Origin: a bacterium
Lineage (GTDB): Bacteria; Patescibacteriota; Minisyncoccia; Phycocordibacterales; UBA5272
Assembly (NCBI GenBank): GCA_023267635.1
Contig: JAHFMX010000006.1
Location: 1,940-65,939 of the forward strand
DNA length: 64,000 bases
Direction of reading: 5' to 3'
Made by a program: the position numbers and the translations under genes. Positions 46,514 through 55,869 of this stretch are shown piece after piece. The notes beneath the pieces were generated by a model, which was not told the origin of the DNA, searched no databases, and saw only the letters and a program-made list of their open reading frames with translations. Every line of letters begins with the position of its first letter. The stretch's first letter is position 1.

Positions 46514-49403
46514 TGTCCTTTGGTATACCAGATTCCGCCCGAATAAAACTGCCAGCAAGAAGTTTAAGCGTGATTTTGAAAATGATGTGGTAAAAAAGAC
46601 CCCTTCTGCTGATGTTAATGGGGGTATTGTGAGTATTGAAGAAGGAACTCTACTGGACTTCAAGGAACAACTGGAGAACCCTCAAGGTTATGTGGTGTGC
46701 TTTGGGACTTATGATGACGAAGCTTTTGGCTCCCCGGTGGCGTTCACAACAGCTAAAAAGGTAAAAGGAAATGAATCCATTATAGCTAGAACTAATGAGT
46801 TCTTTTCTTTCAGGGAAGGCCAGTCAGGGATCGGTATTGTTGATCATGACCCTTCTGAATATGGAAAAACATTGAGGTGGAGAGAGCTATTAAAAATTCT
46901 CATTGAGATTGACCCACAGATAGCCAAAGCTGAGTACGTAGTGCGAGGCTCTTTGTCCGCCGGGGTACACAAGACTGGTGAAAAACCTAAAGATGGTGGT
47001 GGTTTCCACATCTACTTCAATATTTCTGATATGTCTGACGTTAAGCGTTATTTTGACACTATAGGTCAGCATCTTTGGTTGAAAGGCTACGGGTTTATCC
47101 AGGTTGCCGGGGATGGCTCTTTGCATGAGCGGTGCCCTATTGATCTGTGCATGTACCAGCCTACACGTATTGACTTCATAGACCACCCGATAATTGAGGG
47201 TGAAGGGCTTGAATTTACGCCGCCTACAGTGAGATATAAAGCAGGTCTGCCCATAGACACGTCTAAGCTGGAAAAAATCACTGGATCACAAAAAATTGAG
47301 ATTGTTAAGCTTGTGAGTAAGGCTAAAGCTCTCATGAAAGATGAAGCAAAACAGAAACGGGCAGAATACCTGGAAGCAATAGATAAGATTTTAGAGGGTC
47401 AAGGTTTACCAGCTGATGAAAGAGCCCGGCGTATTGCAGATTATTCTGTGGGTAGTGAGGACTTAGCTCCAGGTACTCTACTCCAGTTTGCTAATGGAGT
47501 TGATATATCTGTTGGTGAGCTACTTGAAAGGCATGAAGAGTTTGAAGGTCTTCCATTAGTTGATCCAAGGAATTTAAGGGGGCATTACCCGGATGATTCA
47601 GCACGGTTTTTCTTCAATGAAGAGTTTAATTATCCAATCATTAGAAGCTGGGGGCACAATGGAAAGGTGTTCAGGCTTGTTAGTTATGAAAAAGCTGAAG
47701 CCAAAGAAGAGTTTGAAAAAAAGGTCTATGGTGGTGTAGAAGAGACTCTTGAGACAATGAAGAGTGATGATTCTGTGTGGCGTAGTGCTGAGTTCCTTGA
47801 TGAGTTGATGAATCTTGAGGAACTTGACGGTGCTGAGTATGACAGGGTTGAAAAGAAGCTGAAAGCGTTGGGCGTTGGTAAGGTAAAGCTTGATGATGCT
47901 TTGCGGAAACGTAAAGCTGCTTTGAGAAAAGAGAAAGGTCTTAATCAGAACGGTGGCTACAACATCACTGAATCTGAAGTTGCAAAGAATATTAGTGATA
48001 GGCTTTTTGGAACTATTTGTTATGACAACAAAGGGAAAGATTTTTACATGTATAACGAAGGGCTTTGGTCTGTTGTTTCTGATGAACTGTTGAAGCGTGC
48101 CATAGATGAAGAGCTCTATATTGATTTTCCAATGGGGTTTGGAAAGGTTTTTCTCAATAATGTGAAAGACCTTCTTAAACATGAAATGTTGTTCAGAGGG
48201 TGGGAAAACGAAAAACACTTGTTGCCATTCACTAATGGTGTGTTGGACACAAAAACAATGATTTTGTCAGACCATTCTTTTGAAAACTGGTTTAACTGGC
48301 AACTACCTTATGCTTACGATGTTGATGCAAAAATTGACGTTGTAGAAAAATGGTTGAATGAGTCATGCCTGGATAATTCTGAAAAAGTTAAAACTATAAG
48401 AGCTTTTTTTAAAATGGCGCTGTTGGGTGGTGAGCTTCAAAAATTTCTTGAGTTAATAGGCCCAGGTGGGAGTGGTAAAAGTACACTAACAAGGCTTCTA
48501 ATAAATTTTGTTGGTAAAAGAAATATAGCTACAACTGATCTTGGGAACCTTGAAAAAAGTCAATTTGAGTCAGCAAAAATTTATGGTAAACGTTTAGTTC
48601 TTATAAGTGACTCAAAAAAATTCGGTGGCGAAGTTTCAATACTCAAACAAATGACTGGTGGTGATCCGATAAGACTTGAGAAAAAAGGCATCCAACAAAC
48701 CGGAGCTGATGATTTTATTTATGGCGGGGTTGTTGCAATTGTTGCTAATGAAGCGATACAGTCCTCTGATTATACGTCCGGTTTGTCAAGGCGTAGATTG
48801 CCAGTAACATTTGATCGACAAGTCACCGATACAGATAAGGCTAAATGGGAATCTTTAGGCGGTATTGAATCAGTAATGATTAAGGAGCTTCCAGGTTTGT
48901 TGAATTGGGTTCTTGAAATGAATGAGAGTGAAGTAAGGAAAGCTATTTGTGGTATCAATGGTGTTTTGGTTTTATCAGAGCGTGAACATTTGATCACTAC
49001 AAATAAACAAGCTCAATGGATTCATGAAAATCTTTCTTTGAACCCAAAAAGTTTTTTGAGTGTGTGGGTTAGCATGAGAAAAAAAGATAGCTCTGAGACT
49101 ATAGAAGCTTGCAAGGATAAGTTGTACCCCAACTATGAAAATTGGTGTGATGAGCAAGGATTGAGACCTATAGCTGTTAAAAGTTTTTCTGAAAATATTT
49201 TAGACATTTGTAAAAGACTTGGCTTAGATGCTTGCAAAGTAGTTACCAGATCAGGAGCATACATAAGGGGTTTTGAAATACGGGATAGAGATAAAAAAGG
49301 TTTATGCTCTCCTATAACTGGAAAAGTTTTTATGGAAGAACCAAAAGAATTAAGCAATGTTATTTCTTTAACTAAAGCTAAAGGTAAAAAAAGTAAATAT
49401 TGA
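46506..49403 (+). CDS. bifunctional primase-polymerase (AEP) / D5-P4-type superfamily-3 helicase
   Basis: N-terminal AEP motifs GIGIVDHD and GGGFHIYFN; Walker A GPGGSGKST; Walker B-like LVLISD; 965 aa. Confidence 0.75.
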   Translation: MSNVLWYTRFRPNKTASKKFKRDFENDVVKKTPSADVNGGIVSIEEGTLLDFKEQLENPQGYVVCFGTYDDEAFGSPVAFTTAKKVKGNESIIARTNEFFSFREGQSGIGIVDHDPSEYGKTLRWRELLKILIEIDPQIAKAEYVVRGSLSAGVHKTGEKPKDGGGFHIYFNISDMSDVKRYFDTIGQHLWLKGYGFIQVAGDGSLHERCPIDLCMYQPTRIDFIDHPIIEGEGLEFTPPTVRYKAGLPIDTSKLEKITGSQKIEIVKLVSKAKALMKDEAKQKRAEYLEAIDKILEGQGLPADERARRIADYSVGSEDLAPGTLLQFANGVDISVGELLERHEEFEGLPLVDPRNLRGHYPDDSARFFFNEEFNYPIIRSWGHNGKVFRLVSYEKAEAKEEFEKKVYGGVEETLETMKSDDSVWRSAEFLDELMNLEELDGAEYDRVEKKLKALGVGKVKLDDALRKRKAALRKEKGLNQNGGYNITESEVAKNISDRLFGTICYDNKGKDFYMYNEGLWSVVSDELLKRAIDEELYIDFPMGFGKVFLNNVKDLLKHEMLFRGWENEKHLLPFTNGVLDTKTMILSDHSFENWFNWQLPYAYDVDAKIDVVEKWLNESCLDNSEKVKTIRAFFKMALLGGELQKFLELIGPGGSGKSTLTRLLINFVGKRNIATTDLGNLEKSQFESAKIYGKRLVLISDSKKFGGEVSILKQMTGGDPIRLEKKGIQQTGADDFIYGGVVAIVANEAIQSSDYTSGLSRRRLPVTFDRQVTDTDKAKWESLGGIESVMIKELPGLLNWVLEMNESEVRKAICGINGVLVLSEREHLITTNKQAQWIHENLSLNPKSFLSVWVSMRKKDSSETIEACKDKLYPNYENWCDEQGLRPIAVKSFSENILDICKRLGLDACKVVTRSGAYIRGFEIRDRDKKGLCSPITGKVFMEEPKELSNVISLTKAKGKKSKY

Positions 49404-49700
49404 TGTTGTGGGTAGAAACAAAATGTTATGAATGGGTTGTGAATATGTTGTGTTACAGAATATTGATTTTACTGGGTTGCGGTGTATGTGGTGGATAAAT
49501 GACACATTTAGCTATAAGGTACATATATGCATAAAACCCTACATTATAGTAGGTAATATATGTATATATGTACCCCTATACACGGACTTGAAGTGCCAAA
49601 ATCCACTGCAATCCACCGCAGCCCACGAGTGACGTGGCTTCCGAGTCATAACACCTATACACCACGGTGGTGGATAATCCACATATTTTGGGTTAAAAAG
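49404..49700. promoter_or_regulatory. candidate replication origin: AT-rich region with near-DnaA-box 9-mers and repeated CCTATACAC
   Basis: GGTGGATAA (49489-49497) and TGTGGATTA (49668-49676, reverse strand), each 1 mismatch from TGTGGATAA; CCTATACAC at ~49573 and ~49655; GTATATATGTAC AT-rich block; immediately downstream of the primase-helicase. Confidence 0.35.
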
Positions 49701-49730
49701 TTTTTTAACAATGAAAATAGAGAAAATTAA

Positions 49731-49860
49731 GATGAAAAATTTTAAAAAATAGAGAAAAAATTTTAAAAAAGAGAGAAAATTTTAAAAAAGAGAGAAAATT
49801 TTAAAAAAGAGAGAAAAAATTTTAAAAAAGAGAGAAAAAATTTTAAAAAAGAGAGAAATG
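49731..49860. repeat. six tandem 20-22-bp direct repeats, unit AGAGAAAA(AA)TTTTAAAAAAG
   Basis: Read directly; unit length not a multiple of 3 and stop codons in all frames; iteron-like. Confidence 0.8.
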
Positions 49861-50007
49861 AAGATGAAAAAATTAGGTGAAAGATTTTATGATTCAGTTA
49901 TAGATTTGTACTTATCTGAAGAACTTTTTAAATCAAAACAGGAAACCAAGAAATGACGACCGAAGAACTTTTAAAATATTTTAAAAATATTGCTGATGAA
50001 GATTTTG

Positions 50008-50190
50008 TGTTAACAGAAGATCAGCTCAAAGAAATTTTAAAACCGAAAAACATTAAACAGGAAAAAACAAAATGAGAAAAAAAGAGAAAATAAAAAATGA
50101 AGATCAGCTCAAAGAATTTTTAAAACCGAAAAACATTAAACAGGAAAAACAAAATGAGAAAAAAAGAGAAAATAAAAAATGAAGATAGTG
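50008..50190. repeat. ~90-bp tandem duplication spanning the 5' end of gene 50154-50573
   Basis: GAAGATCAGCTCAAAGAA(A)TTTTAAAACCGAAAAACATTAAACAGGAAAAA(A)CAAAATGAGAAAAAAAGAGAAAATAAAAAATGAAGAT occurs twice head-to-tail. Confidence 0.8.
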
Positions 50191-50573
50191 TAGATTTTCA
50201 ACTCGAAGGCATTCAAAGTCTTTTGAAAACCATGCCAGTTGAATATCATGATGAGGCTTATAGAAAGCTGATAGTTAACCTCCTTGATGAGTTATCAGAT
50301 TTACTTGTATGCTACAAGGAGTTAAAGACCAATGAAGACTTTGAGGATAATGATTTACTACGAAGACAAGCTTTTAAAGAAGCAGACATGGAAGGTATTA
50401 AATTTTTAAAAGGTTGGAGGATGAATATAGAGGTTGATAAAGTTAACAGGTACTTTCCTTATCCACATTGTGGGGATCACTACTACCCTATAGTCAGGAA
50501 GGATGAGTGGGGTGAGATAAAAGAATATTTTAGAAACAGAAAAAGGAAAAACAAAAGTGAAAAACTATTATGA
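50154..50573 (+). CDS. hypothetical protein
   Basis: 139-aa ORF; its first 10 codons lie in the second copy of the 90-bp duplication. Confidence 0.4.
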   Translation: MRKKEKIKNEDSVDFQLEGIQSLLKTMPVEYHDEAYRKLIVNLLDELSDLLVCYKELKTNEDFEDNDLLRRQAFKEADMEGIKFLKGWRMNIEVDKVNRYFPYPHCGDHYYPIVRKDEWGEIKEYFRNRKRKNKSEKLL

Positions 50574-50868
50574 TGAAGAAAAAAATTTATTTGAAAAAAT
50601 TATTTGGCATTTAAAATTTTTGGGTAAAAATTATTCCAAAGTTAAACATGATGAACCAAAAGATTTCAATAGGCTCATACATGAAGTTGCACAAATAGAT
50701 TTACGTGCAGCGTTGTACTTGGAAAAAGATGCCTGGAGAATTGAAAATTTTATTGAGTCTTATGAACTCGAAGAAAGTTTTTTATGGTGGGACACACCAC
50801 AAGGCGCAAAGTTTTGGGATAGCATAGCAGTCAGAGTTGGCTGGCAAAGAAATTATTTTGGAGATTAA
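50557..50868 (+). CDS. hypothetical protein
   Basis: ORF only. Confidence 0.35.
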   Translation: MKNYYDEEKNLFEKIIWHLKFLGKNYSKVKHDEPKDFNRLIHEVAQIDLRAALYLEKDAWRIENFIESYELEESFLWWDTPQGAKFWDSIAVRVGWQRNYFGD

Positions 50869-50869
50869 G

Positions 50870-51502
50870 ATGGCTGAAGTATTACCACCAAGAAAGAAAT
50901 ATATAAAATCTAAGTTGGTTGAAAAAAATCCTGCACCGAAAGGGAAGCCAAGAGGCAGGCCAACAAAGTCAGAGGATAAAGCAAAAATAAAGTTTTATGG
51001 GGGGGAAAATAAAAGGGATAAGATTGTTGCTGACTATAAACTCGGGTGCATGTCTAATCAAGACATAGCTTATCGACATGATGTATCAGAAGGCACTGTT
51101 AGAAATCATACAAAGGGACTTGAAAAAGATAATAAGTATGTTTATGAGTCAGGAATGGAGTACTATAAAAATCTAGCAAACCTAGATTCTTATGAATTTG
51201 AAGTAGTTAAAGAGATAGTTGAGCTTCGAAATTCACAACTTCATTTTATTTCCTGTGCAACAATAAAGAACGTAGCACACGTTTCACAGAAAATAAATTC
51301 AAACATGACGCTCGATGAACACTTAAAAGTCCAACACATTTTAAAGAAAGGGAGGGAGACTGTTGAACCTAGACGTGACAATCAAGCAGTAACTATCAAC
51401 CAAACAACCGGCATTAACATCAAAACATTGTCAGACGAAGAATTAATTCAAGAATCAAGGAGGCTCGACGAAAAACTAAGAATCGTGGGTGATGGAAAAT
51501 GA
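50870..51502 (+). CDS. DNA-binding protein with AT-hook-like GRP motif and HTH; terminase small subunit candidate
   Basis: KGKPRGRPTKSE; HTH-like MSNQDIAYRHDVSEGTVRNH; GGAG SD; lies 1.3 kb upstream of the large terminase. Confidence 0.3.
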   Translation: MAEVLPPRKKYIKSKLVEKNPAPKGKPRGRPTKSEDKAKIKFYGGENKRDKIVADYKLGCMSNQDIAYRHDVSEGTVRNHTKGLEKDNKYVYESGMEYYKNLANLDSYEFEVVKEIVELRNSQLHFISCATIKNVAHVSQKINSNMTLDEHLKVQHILKKGRETVEPRRDNQAVTINQTTGINIKTLSDEELIQESRRLDEKLRIVGDGK

Positions 51503-51666
51503 AAAAGAAAAAGTATACTTTAGAGATTATTGATAGAGATTCTGGTAGGGTAGTACAAACTGAAACCCGGAAAAGTGCCACAGCTTTTGATAGGCTGTGG
51601 TGTAAAGCAATCTCTAACATTAATTCATTGAAATATAAATTGAGAATTTCAATCGAAGAAACTTAA
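51499..51666 (+). CDS. small basic ORF (55 aa) not in the track
   Basis: ATGA-coupled to previous gene. Confidence 0.25.
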   Translation: MKKKKYTLEIIDRDSGRVVQTETRKSATAFDRLWCKAISNINSLKYKLRISIEET

Positions 51667-51681
51667 CCTGGGAAAAATAGA

Positions 51682-51861
51682 ATGAAAACAGACATAGAAA
51701 ACATAACACGCAAAGAACTTATAAAACTTTATGAGCATCAAGCTATCCGGATCAGAGAACTCGAAGCTGAGTTAAAAAGTCTGAAAGGTTTGAACGATGA
51801 GTTCATTGAAATAATATTTAAGCCGACGCTTGAAGAGCAGTACATATTTTTTAACACTTAG
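51682..51861 (+). CDS. small ORF (59 aa) not in the track
   Basis: ATG with AAAATAGA upstream; helical sequence. Confidence 0.25.
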   Translation: MKTDIENITRKELIKLYEHQAIRIRELEAELKSLKGLNDEFIEIIFKPTLEEQYIFFNT

Positions 51862-51985
51862 TTTGAAGTCTGACTAAGGAATACAACAAGGCTCTACACA
51901 AGGCATTATGTCTGTGATTAGTAAGAGCAGCTTAAAAAAATACCGCCAAAAATACCGCCATTAACTTAAACTGAGAGAAAATTAG

Positions 51986-52180
51986 ATGAACTTTGAAATT
52001 AATTTAAAAAATCGTGATGCACGGCGAGAAGAAGTAAGAGCAATAGCCTTTGCCCAAAAAGAGTGGCTAAGGAACAAGATTGAGCCTAATGGGGAAATTA
52101 AGAGACTATGGCCATACCAACACACTACCTCAGAGGTGAAAGTGTCACCAGCATCAAATTTGAGGGGTTCCTGTGGTTGA
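51986..52180 (+). CDS. small hypothetical protein
   Basis: ORF with GAGAGAAAA upstream. Confidence 0.3.
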   Translation: MNFEINLKNRDARREEVRAIAFAQKEWLRNKIEPNGEIKRLWPYQHTTSEVKVSPASNLRGSCG

Positions 52181-52421
52181 AATTAAAGAGACAAAAAATA
52201 AAGCAGAGTTTATAGAGGCACAAAACATTATCAATAATTTTGAAGAAGTGATAGAAAAACTCAGGTACACAAACAGGGCATTGTATGGGCACTTTAATGC
52301 TTTTGAGGAAGAGGTGTTTAAGCTTAAAGCACAGATTGATAACTTTAAAACCCAGATTAATAATTTGAAAACTGAGAACCAAGCACTTCATGATGAGTTG
52401 GGTAGACGTGGGCAATGGTAG
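52173..52421 (+). CDS. small coiled-coil protein
   Basis: Heptad-like K/E/L/N pattern. Confidence 0.3.
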   Translation: MVEIKETKNKAEFIEAQNIINNFEEVIEKLRYTNRALYGHFNAFEEEVFKLKAQIDNFKTQINNLKTENQALHDELGRRGQW

Positions 52422-52469
52422 TTTTTTTACATAAAATGTGGTAACTTATAATTTTAGAAGGAGATAGCT

Positions 52470-52619
52470 ATGCCAACAAAATCTAAGCCCCAAAAAAGAT
52501 TAATGCAAGCAGTCGAGCATAACCCTGAGTTTGCCAAGAAAGTTGGTATCCCACAGAAGGTTGGTAAGGACTTTCTTGAAGCTGACAAAGCTATTGGCAA
52601 ACTGAAAAAGAAAAAGTAG
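52470..52619 (+). CDS. small basic protein (49 aa) not in the track
   Basis: AAGGAGA SD 7 nt upstream; MPTKSKPQKRLMQAVEHNPEFAKKVGIPQKVGKDFLEADKAIGKLKKKK. Confidence 0.4.
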   Translation: MPTKSKPQKRLMQAVEHNPEFAKKVGIPQKVGKDFLEADKAIGKLKKKK

Positions 52620-52631
52620 GTATATGCCTGT

Positions 52632-52820
52632 ATGATTGAGCGATTAAATGAAGAAAGAGAGCGATGCTTGTTGGTTTTAAAGCATAATGAGACAGTGGTG
52701 GGTGACTTAGAGCTTTCAAGAAAGCTTAGAAATGATCTGTGCTTTGCAGGTGCCGCTGTTTATTTCAAGAATGAAGAGAATATTCATAAAGCTTATAGAG
52801 CTTTGAAGAGCTACGTGTAG
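52632..52820 (+). CDS. small hypothetical protein immediately upstream of the large terminase
   Basis: ORF only. Confidence 0.3.
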   Translation: MIERLNEERERCLLVLKHNETVVGDLELSRKLRNDLCFAGAAVYFKNEENIHKAYRALKSYV

Positions 52821-54977
52821 ATGTCAGTAGCCCCTGAGAGTGCTAGAGAGCTTCTAAGAGCGAAGGTCGAAGTAGCCAGAGAGATAGAGAAGCGAGAGTG
52901 TGAAAAGTCTCTAGCAGAGTTCTGTCGCTCTGCATGGCACATCATAGAGCCGGGAACTCCACTCAAGTGGAACTGGCACATTGACACTATCTGCGCTTAC
53001 ATCCAGGCTTTCCATGAGGGGAAGTTACCGGATAAGAGGTTGATCATAAACGTACCTCCAGGGACTTTAAAAAGTATCATTGTCTCTGTGATGTACCCAT
53101 CTTGGGCTTGGATCAAAGACCCTTCTACTCGGTTCTTGGCTATCAGTAACGCTGCTTCTTTGGCTACTCGTGATGCATTGAGAATGAAGTCAATCGTCAC
53201 ATCCCCTTGGTATCAGAGCCACTGGCCAACGACATTGAGGATCGATCAGAATGAGAAGAACCTGTTTGTTAATGGCACACAAGGCTTCAGGCAGTCACAA
53301 GGTATAAGTGCATGTACCACTGGGAAGCGTGGAGATTGCTTTCCAGAATATATGGAAGTGTCTACAGAGCATGGGATGAAGAAGATTACAGAAGTTAAGG
53401 TCAATGACTTGGTTTGGTCTATGAACACTAAGACCGGGGGTGTAGAGTTAAAGCCAGTCACTCACTTAGTGCACAATGGCACAAGTGAGATTGTTGAAGT
53501 AGTGCTTAGTAATGGTCAGATAATACACTGTACACCTGACCATAAGGTTTGGACTATTGAAGAGGGTATGGTTAGGGCTGATAGCTTAGTGTCTGTTAAG
53601 GGCTCTGAGCTCTCTCTTGACATCATTAGCATAATTGGCACTAATTCCAAACAATTTAGCAAGCTCTTTACCAGTCATGGTGGAGTTAACAAACCTCTCT
53701 TCACTCCTGATAAGACCTGTGTTGCTGATAGAGTAAGCACCCTCATAACCAGGGATAGTACGCCACTCAATGTTGTTAGTAGTAGAAGTATTGGGCATAT
53801 TAGTGATACCTACTGTTTGTGTGTGAAAGACAATGCTACATTATTTGTAGGAACAAGACAAGTGCTTGTCTCCAATTGTCTAATAATAGATGACCCCGTA
53901 GACAGCCAACAAGCCTTCTCTGATGTTATTAGAGAATCAGTTAACAATACGTGGGATAATGCTTTGTCATCAAGATTAAATGACATGACAAAATCCGGAG
54001 TGCTATTAATCCAACAAAGGGTTAATGAACTTGACCTTACTGGGCATCTGCTAAAAAAAGTAAAATCACATTGGACACATCTTAGCATTCCAATGAGGTA
54101 TGAAGGAACATCAACGTTTAATCCCATTAAAGATATTGGAAATGCTGAAGTAAAAGACCCAAGAATAAAAAAGAGTCAACTACTATTTCCTTCTCGATTT
54201 CCTGAGCGTGCAGTTCAATCGTTAGAGGAAGACTTAGGAGAGTATGGTACTTCGGCTCAGCTTCAACAAAGACCGGTTCCGGCAGGCGGCGGAATTATAA
54301 AAAAACATTGGTGGCGTGTCTTACCAGAAGACGAAATGCCAAAGATCATCAACGTCTTCATCAGCTTCGACACTGCGTTCTCAGAAGCAGACTCAAAGAC
54401 TTCTGCGTTCTCCGCCGCGACGCGCTGGGGTATCTTCTGGCATGAGCAAAGACAACGCTACTGTCTCTTGGCGTTGGGCATGTGGTTCGCACGGGTAGGC
54501 TACGACGAGCTACGTGCTACAGTCCAGGCCATGAACAAAGACCATGATCCCGATGTGCTACTCATCGAAAAAAAGGCAACAGGCATAAGTATCATACAAG
54601 ATTTGAAGAGATCAGTTCCAGGTAAGGTAAGAGCGTACTGCCCAGGCAAGGGAGAAGACAAGATCAGTAGAGGAAACTCAGTATCCCCTATGGTGCAATC
54701 AGGTCAATGCTATGTACCTAACAAGACTTGGGCTTTAGGTGATGGTAAGGGCAAGCTAGGTTTGATTGATTACATTGCTAGTTTTCCCGGAGGTGCACCA
54801 CCCGCGCCAGACATATTTGACTCATTTTCAGCGGCACTCATATTCATGCGCTCAGGCAATTGGCTCGGAGATCATGATGACGACAAAGACTGGACTAATG
54901 TTATCACACACGTGAGCTCTGAAGAGGAGGATGAAGACCTTGAAGACTCAGCAATACCAACTCGATTTTATGGCTAA
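52821..54977 (+). CDS. terL: terminase large subunit (ATPase plus nuclease) interrupted by a mini-intein
   Basis: N-terminal LIINVPPGTLKS (Walker-A-like, PPxxGKS class); Walker B LIIDDP re-formed when the extein junction GKRGD | CLIIDDP is joined. Confidence 0.7.
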   Translation: MSVAPESARELLRAKVEVAREIEKRECEKSLAEFCRSAWHIIEPGTPLKWNWHIDTICAYIQAFHEGKLPDKRLIINVPPGTLKSIIVSVMYPSWAWIKDPSTRFLAISNAASLATRDALRMKSIVTSPWYQSHWPTTLRIDQNEKNLFVNGTQGFRQSQGISACTTGKRGDCFPEYMEVSTEHGMKKITEVKVNDLVWSMNTKTGGVELKPVTHLVHNGTSEIVEVVLSNGQIIHCTPDHKVWTIEEGMVRADSLVSVKGSELSLDIISIIGTNSKQFSKLFTSHGGVNKPLFTPDKTCVADRVSTLITRDSTPLNVVSSRSIGHISDTYCLCVKDNATLFVGTRQVLVSNCLIIDDPVDSQQAFSDVIRESVNNTWDNALSSRLNDMTKSGVLLIQQRVNELDLTGHLLKKVKSHWTHLSIPMRYEGTSTFNPIKDIGNAEVKDPRIKKSQLLFPSRFPERAVQSLEEDLGEYGTSAQLQQRPVPAGGGIIKKHWWRVLPEDEMPKIINVFISFDTAFSEADSKTSAFSAATRWGIFWHEQRQRYCLLALGMWFARVGYDELRATVQAMNKDHDPDVLLIEKKATGISIIQDLKRSVPGKVRAYCPGKGEDKISRGNSVSPMVQSGQCYVPNKTWALGDGKGKLGLIDYIASFPGGAPPAPDIFDSFSAALIFMRSGNWLGDHDDDKDWTNVITHVSSEEEDEDLEDSAIPTRFYG
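53337..53876 (+). mobile_element. 180-aa mini-intein (Hint domain, no homing-endonuclease insert) inside terL
   Basis: Starts at Cys (CFPEYMEV, block A); TPDH block-B-like; ends VLVSN followed by extein Cys; inserted exactly at the Walker B motif. Confidence 0.55.
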
Positions 54978-54994
54978 CTTAAAATAGGAAACTT

Positions 54995-55273
54995 ATGAAC
55001 AAACTAATTTTAATCTCTATACTTTTAACTGGATGTGCTACTGCAAGCAGAGACATCACATATTCTGATGGCACTACATCACACCTCTATGTCTTTGAAC
55101 TTGGAAGGACTGAGGCAATAACAGCACTCAATGCTTCTGAGTCCAGGGACTCAAGTAACTTATCAGTAGGTTCTGCTAATGCAGATGTGAATGTAAAGGC
55201 TATTGATGCTTCAGGTGCATTGATTGGGGATGCTATTGGTACAGCTCTAAAAATATTTGTAGGTAAACCATAA
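54995..55273 (+). CDS. lipoprotein (lipobox LLTGC); candidate spanin component
   Basis: MNKLILISILLTGCATAS signal plus lipobox; glycine-rich amphipathic C-terminus; immediately upstream of the endolysin. Confidence 0.45.
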   Translation: MNKLILISILLTGCATASRDITYSDGTTSHLYVFELGRTEAITALNASESRDSSNLSVGSANADVNVKAIDASGALIGDAIGTALKIFVGKP

Positions 55274-55848
55274 TGGCAGACTTTAAAAAAGCATACAACA
55301 TAACGATCAAGAACGAAGGACTTTACAGTGTAGACCCAGATGATATGGGGGGAGAAACTTTCAATGGCATATCCAGAAAGAATTGGCCTAGTTGGAGTGG
55401 GTGGAGTGTAGTAGATGGTGCAAAAGTAAATGGAAAGCTAAGAATAACACCAGACTTCATGAACAAGATTGCTCCATTGGTTTTTAATTTCTACAAGGCA
55501 AACTTCTGGGACGCAGTGCGGGGGGATGGCATACCTAGTCAAGCTATTGCCAATGAATTATTTGACACCGCTGTGAATGTTTCTGTGCACCAAGCCACCA
55601 TGTTCTTGCAAGCGTCTCTGAACATCATGAATAACAGGGGGAAATTGTGGCAGGATATTAAGGAAGATGGTAAATTTGGTGCAGGTACTTTGAGCTCTCT
55701 GCAAACTGCGGTCAAGGTTCGTGGGGAAGCAATGGTGTACAAAGTTCTTAACTGCTATCAAGGAGCTTTTTATATCAATCTCATGGAGAACAAAGAACTT
55801 AATGAGAAGTACATCGGTTGGTTCAACAGAGTTAACACAAACATATAA
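55273..55848 (+). CDS. endolysin: GH108 lysozyme-like domain plus PG_binding_3 domain
   Basis: IKNEGLYSVDPDDMGGETFNGIS (GH108 EGGY...DP.D.GG.T..GI motif); FYKANFWD...LFDTAVN...DGKFGAGTL typical of PG_binding_3. Confidence 0.7.
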   Translation: MADFKKAYNITIKNEGLYSVDPDDMGGETFNGISRKNWPSWSGWSVVDGAKVNGKLRITPDFMNKIAPLVFNFYKANFWDAVRGDGIPSQAIANELFDTAVNVSVHQATMFLQASLNIMNNRGKLWQDIKEDGKFGAGTLSSLQTAVKVRGEAMVYKVLNCYQGAFYINLMENKELNEKYIGWFNRVNTNI

Positions 55849-55869
55849 AACAAGTAGGAGTTAAATATC

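Noticed and set aside
49731-49860. CRISPR-like array
   Set aside because: The units are contiguous 20-22-bp repeats with no unique spacers and no cas genes nearby. This is a tandem repeat or iteron array, not a CRISPR
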